A DNA stretch of 64,000 nucleotides, from assembly GCA_051313645.2 (NCBI GenBank), contig JBNRSN020000029.1, positions 41,044,001 through 41,108,000 of the forward strand, given 5' to 3'. Position 1 is the stretch's first letter, and each line of letters starts with the position of its first letter. Positions 60,438-64,000 of the stretch are shown here, piece after piece. A model generated the notes under the pieces. That model was given only the letters and a program-made list of their open reading frames with translations, was not told the DNA's origin and searched no databases. The translations under genes were made by a program, and so were the position numbers. This stretch comes from Centroscyllium fabricii (Eukaryota).

Positions 60438-60623
60438 GGCAAAAATCGTCATTTTTTCTGAGACAGTGTAAAACGGGTGGAAGCGAATTCGCAGCTCATT
60501 TTATATCTCCCCTGCTTTATATTTCCAATGAAGTCATGGAAGTGATAATCGCGTGAGATGTTAAACGGACTGAAGACCCGCTTCCAAGCGTTTTACACTG
60601 TCCCATGAAGTCAGATCTACCCC
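60438..60623. mobile_element. ~180-bp fold-back MITE
   Basis: GACAGTGTAAAACG ... CGTTTTACACTGTC inverted arms around a central CCAATGAAGTCATGG. Confidence 0.65.
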
Positions 60624-61320
60624 ATTGGGTTTAGCAACGCCTTCCAAAGACTGGAAAAGTGAGTGCTGGAATTCCCAGTGGATAGTGCTTATATATCAAC
60701 TTGTCAATTATTTGAGAAGATTATACCTATCATGAAAGCATAACCTGACATTGTTTTCAGATAAACAAAAACAGATACACCAGCTCGAGCAGTTGGTCAA
60801 TCGCTTCCTCTTGTGAATCTGAGCTCTGACAAGCAATTCAGGCACAGGTTTGATTCTTGCTCAATGCTAAGTGTGTTAATTTAACTGAGGTGGAAACATA
60901 AACGCTTACATTGAGCTCAAAGCCTGCAGTTCATTAAATAAATACATTAGGGCGGTTTATTGCTTTGATAATTTCGACAGATATGCTTGCGAGAAACTGC
61001 ACTTGGTTGAAGAGGCATGTGTATTAGTCGAAGCTCGGTTGTATTACTGCCCTCTGTTTGTACATTCGTAGCAAACGTTCGCACAAGATGAATGCACTGG
61101 ATGTGCAATCATATCCAAAAAAGAGGTTGCACGTTCACAAGATAAACCAATAAAAGTACAAAACATTGCTCCGTTTCAGTGACTCGGAATGACTTAGAAA
61201 ACTTCGATGAGAATCGCCAAAAGTTAACCAAACGTTCCATAAAAAGAGCCATAAGTATCCCAGAGCATTGAATGAACGAAAAGAACGTTTCAACTAATTC
61301 AACAGTTCCCACTTTAAAGG

Positions 61321-61465
61321 CAAAAAGTCTCTTCTTCTGCCGCCTGAGGAAGGAGCATCGCTCCGAAAGCTTGTGATTTAAAATAAAACGTTGGACTATA
61401 AACCTGGTGTTGTGTGACTTTTTGCATTTGTCCACCCCAGTCCAACACCGGCACATCCACATTAT
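61321..61465 (+). mobile_element. 145-bp Penelope tail insertion with a hammerhead and an 11-bp TSD
   Basis: CTGAGGA-AGGAGC-ATC-GCTCC-GAAAGCTT (61344-61372). The tail matches the 24524 PLE end. TSD CACTTTAAAGG at 61310-61320 and 61466-61476. Confidence 0.85.
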
Positions 61466-61874
61466 CACTTTAAAGGTGTCACTTTAAAACCATAATTTTC
61501 AAGAAAAGGCATCTGCGGGGTGAAATTGTTCTTGCGTGGTAGCGCAAAGCGGGCGGTAGCAAATCGGCAGCTCGTCTTACACACTGTCAGGCTTTTGATG
61601 GAACGATTGCTGCCGATTCGTTATCATCCATTTTGCGCTAATGACCCAATGCAATTTAAAACCTGTATTCCGCGGTGTACAAATTCGTGTTGCACTCCTA
61701 GCAAAGAAACCCTTTTAACCTGACACTCCAATCAGAGAAACGTATATTCTCCTCTGGATGCGGTTTTTGTATCTGTTCTTTGACTAAAACATAGACACGA
61801 AATTGATAAAATTACCAAATTTCCTTGCAATTGATAGTCTGATCGTGATCTCTTACATTGCACGTATTTTGTAA

Positions 61875-63083
61875 TTAGACGGGATTAATTAACAATCTTG
61901 CTGTGCGAGGCCCCTTGGGTCGGGGCGATCATAATATGATAGCATTCTTCATTAAGATGGAGAGTGAAATAGTTGTCAAAGAGACAAGGGTCCTCATTTT
62001 AAATAATGAAACTACAATGGTATGAGGCGTGAGTTGAGCAGGATTGATTGGGGAATGTCACTAAAAGTGTTGAGGGTGGATAGGCAATGGCAAATATTCA
62101 AAGATTGCATGGACGAACTACAGAAATTCTTCATCCCAGTTTGGCATAAAAATAAAACGAAAAAGATGACTCAACCAAAGGCTAACAAGGATCGCATAAG
62201 ATCCAAGGAGAGGACATATAAACTGACCAGAAAAGGCAGTAAACCCGAGGATTGGGAAAAACTTAAGATTCAGCAAAGGAGGACAAAGGGATTAATGAAG
62301 AGGGGAAAATAGAGTATGAGAGTAGGCTTGCAGGTAACATAAAACTGACTTTAATTTTTTTATAGATATGTGAAGAGAAAAAGATTGGTGAACCCAAGCA
62401 TAGGTCCCTTGCAGTCATAATATGGGGAATAAATAATGGGCAACAAAGAAGTGGCAGACCAATTAGATATATATTTTCGTTCTGTCTTCACAAAGGAGGA
62501 CACAAATAAACACCCAGACATGTCGGATAATATACGGTCTAATGATAGGGAGGAACTAAAAGAAATCCGTCTTCGTAAAGAAAATTTTGTTGGGGAAATT
62601 GATGGGATTGAAGGCCGATAAATCCCCAGGGCCTGATAGTCTACCTCCTAGTGTACTTAAGAAAGTGGCCCTAGAAATAATAGATAGATTGCTGGTCATA
62701 TTCCAAAAGTCGACAGAATCTGGTACAGTGCCCAGAATTGGAGGGTAGCTAAAGTTACCCCACTATTCATAAAAGGTGATAGAGAGAAAACGGGGAATTA
62801 AGCCTGAGATCGGTAGTAGCGTAAATGCTAGACTCCATTATAAAAGATGTAATAGCAGGGTACTTGGAAAGCAGTGACAGGATCGAGCAAAGTCAACATT
62901 GATTTACAAAAGGTAAATCGTGCTTATTTATCTGCTGGAATTTTTTGAGGATGTATCTGGTGAAATAGATAAGGGTGAAACAGTGGATATGGTCTATTTG
63001 GATTTCCAGAAGGCTACCAATAAGGTCCCGCATAAATGATTAATGTGTAAAGTTAATGCACATGGGATTGGGGGCAACGTATT
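61875..63083 (+). mobile_element. CR1 ORF2 fragment, interrupted by an LTR element
   Basis: ORFs 62022-62312 and 62436-62621 are homologous to 50044-50900. VDMVYLDFQKA..KVPH motif near 62980-63030. Confidence 0.88.
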
Positions 63084-64000
63084 TGTGGTAAACCGATAAT
63101 ATTGTTTCCCACCAATACTGTGTTGAATATAGTTACTCCTTGGTTACCCTACTGTGCAGTATATAGTTATCTCCTTCTTACATCTTGTCCCCACTGGTAT
63201 CTACCTGGGATGCCTCAGCCGGCTCCACCTCTAGGAGCCACCCACAGACTGTAGAAATTAGGTGGCAGCCATGTTGGCCTCATGCCATTCCAGGAACGGA
63301 TAGCGATAAGACCTGACCTCCAGTTCCTCATTAATAAAAGCCTCAATTACTTAACTTTGTCGACTCACTGTAATTGATCGTGCATCAATTTTATTAACGA
63401 ATTTTAGCGATGGACAAAATACTGAGACGTGATCGCCTGGAGTTAGAACCATAGGCAGCACACACACCGAGAACGTTCACACACTGGCTCAAGTGTTTTG
63501 AACTTTTCTTAGAAGCCTCCAGCGAAACTGTCACCTCGAATGAACGGAAACTGGCAGTCGTCCAATCCCGGGTAAGCCCGGCTATCTACCCATTGATCGA
63601 GGGCAAAATGTCTTCCGACAATGTTCTGACTATCCTCAATGACCAGTTCGCGGCCCCGAACAATGAAGTTTATGCGAGACACCTCCTACTGTGCCGCAAG
63701 CAGCAGACCGGTGAGTCAGTTGTGGACTACATCTGGGCACTGTGGGTGATCGGACGGGCCAACAACTGCAAGGCAGTAATGGCCCAGAACTGAATGGAGG
63801 ACCTGATCTGCGATGCCCTCGTTGCGCGTGTACAATCAAACTACAGGCGCCAGCGGCTACTCGAACAGGCTGAACTTGACTTAAAAAAAGCAGCGGCCCT
63901 TGCGCACTCGCTGGATGTGGTGCACAGAAATATGGAAGCCTATGACCAGCTGACAGCCTAATGGACAGCGTGGACGCAGCCTTCTTGGACGGTAGGACCA
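63084..64000 (+). mobile_element. Gypsy LTR retrotransposon 5' portion: LTR 63084-63387 and decayed gag from 63410
   Basis: TG...CA LTR with AATAAA. The gag-like frame reads MDKILRRDRLELEP...HWLKCF...NEVYARHLLLCRKQQTGESVVDY, with in-frame stops. The element runs off the window end. Confidence 0.82.

Noticed and set aside
60780-61100. Possible ancient tRNA-derived SINE (A-box-like GCAGTTGGTCAA, B-box-like GGTTTGATTC)
   Set aside because: Too degraded to support, and there is no second copy in the window to compare.

Overview
Eukaryotic, repeat-dominated DNA (intronic or intergenic). The repeat families look like those of a cartilaginous fish (shark): CR1 LINE fragments, V-type tRNA SINEs with CR1 tails, Penelope-like elements carrying minimal hammerhead ribozymes, and many non-autonomous DNA transposons. 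I could not recognise any host protein-coding gene; only weak candidate exons exist. Main elements: (1) a non-autonomous LTR element at 2235-4510 (minus) with ~1-kb LTRs, a 168-bp internal region, a CTTAT TSD and an 11-nt Tf1/sushi-type self-priming signal; (2) a nearly intact CsRN1-clade Gypsy element at 18466-22925 (minus) and a decayed relative at 34607-38882 (plus); (3) a Penelope-like element at 24524-26783 with inverted pLTRs and a hammerhead in each; (4) two copies of an apparently ORF1-less LINE with a tRNA/SINE-like 5' head (9933-12455, 30809-34283); (5) TIR elements with AWT flanks that carry inward-facing splice donors, one with a ~300-bp central palindrome; (6) an old inverted duplication (about 1690-2160 vs 5070-5560); (7) the start of a Gypsy element lacking a tRNA PBS at 63084. 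All identities and coordinates were read by eye, and boundaries of old repeats are approximate.
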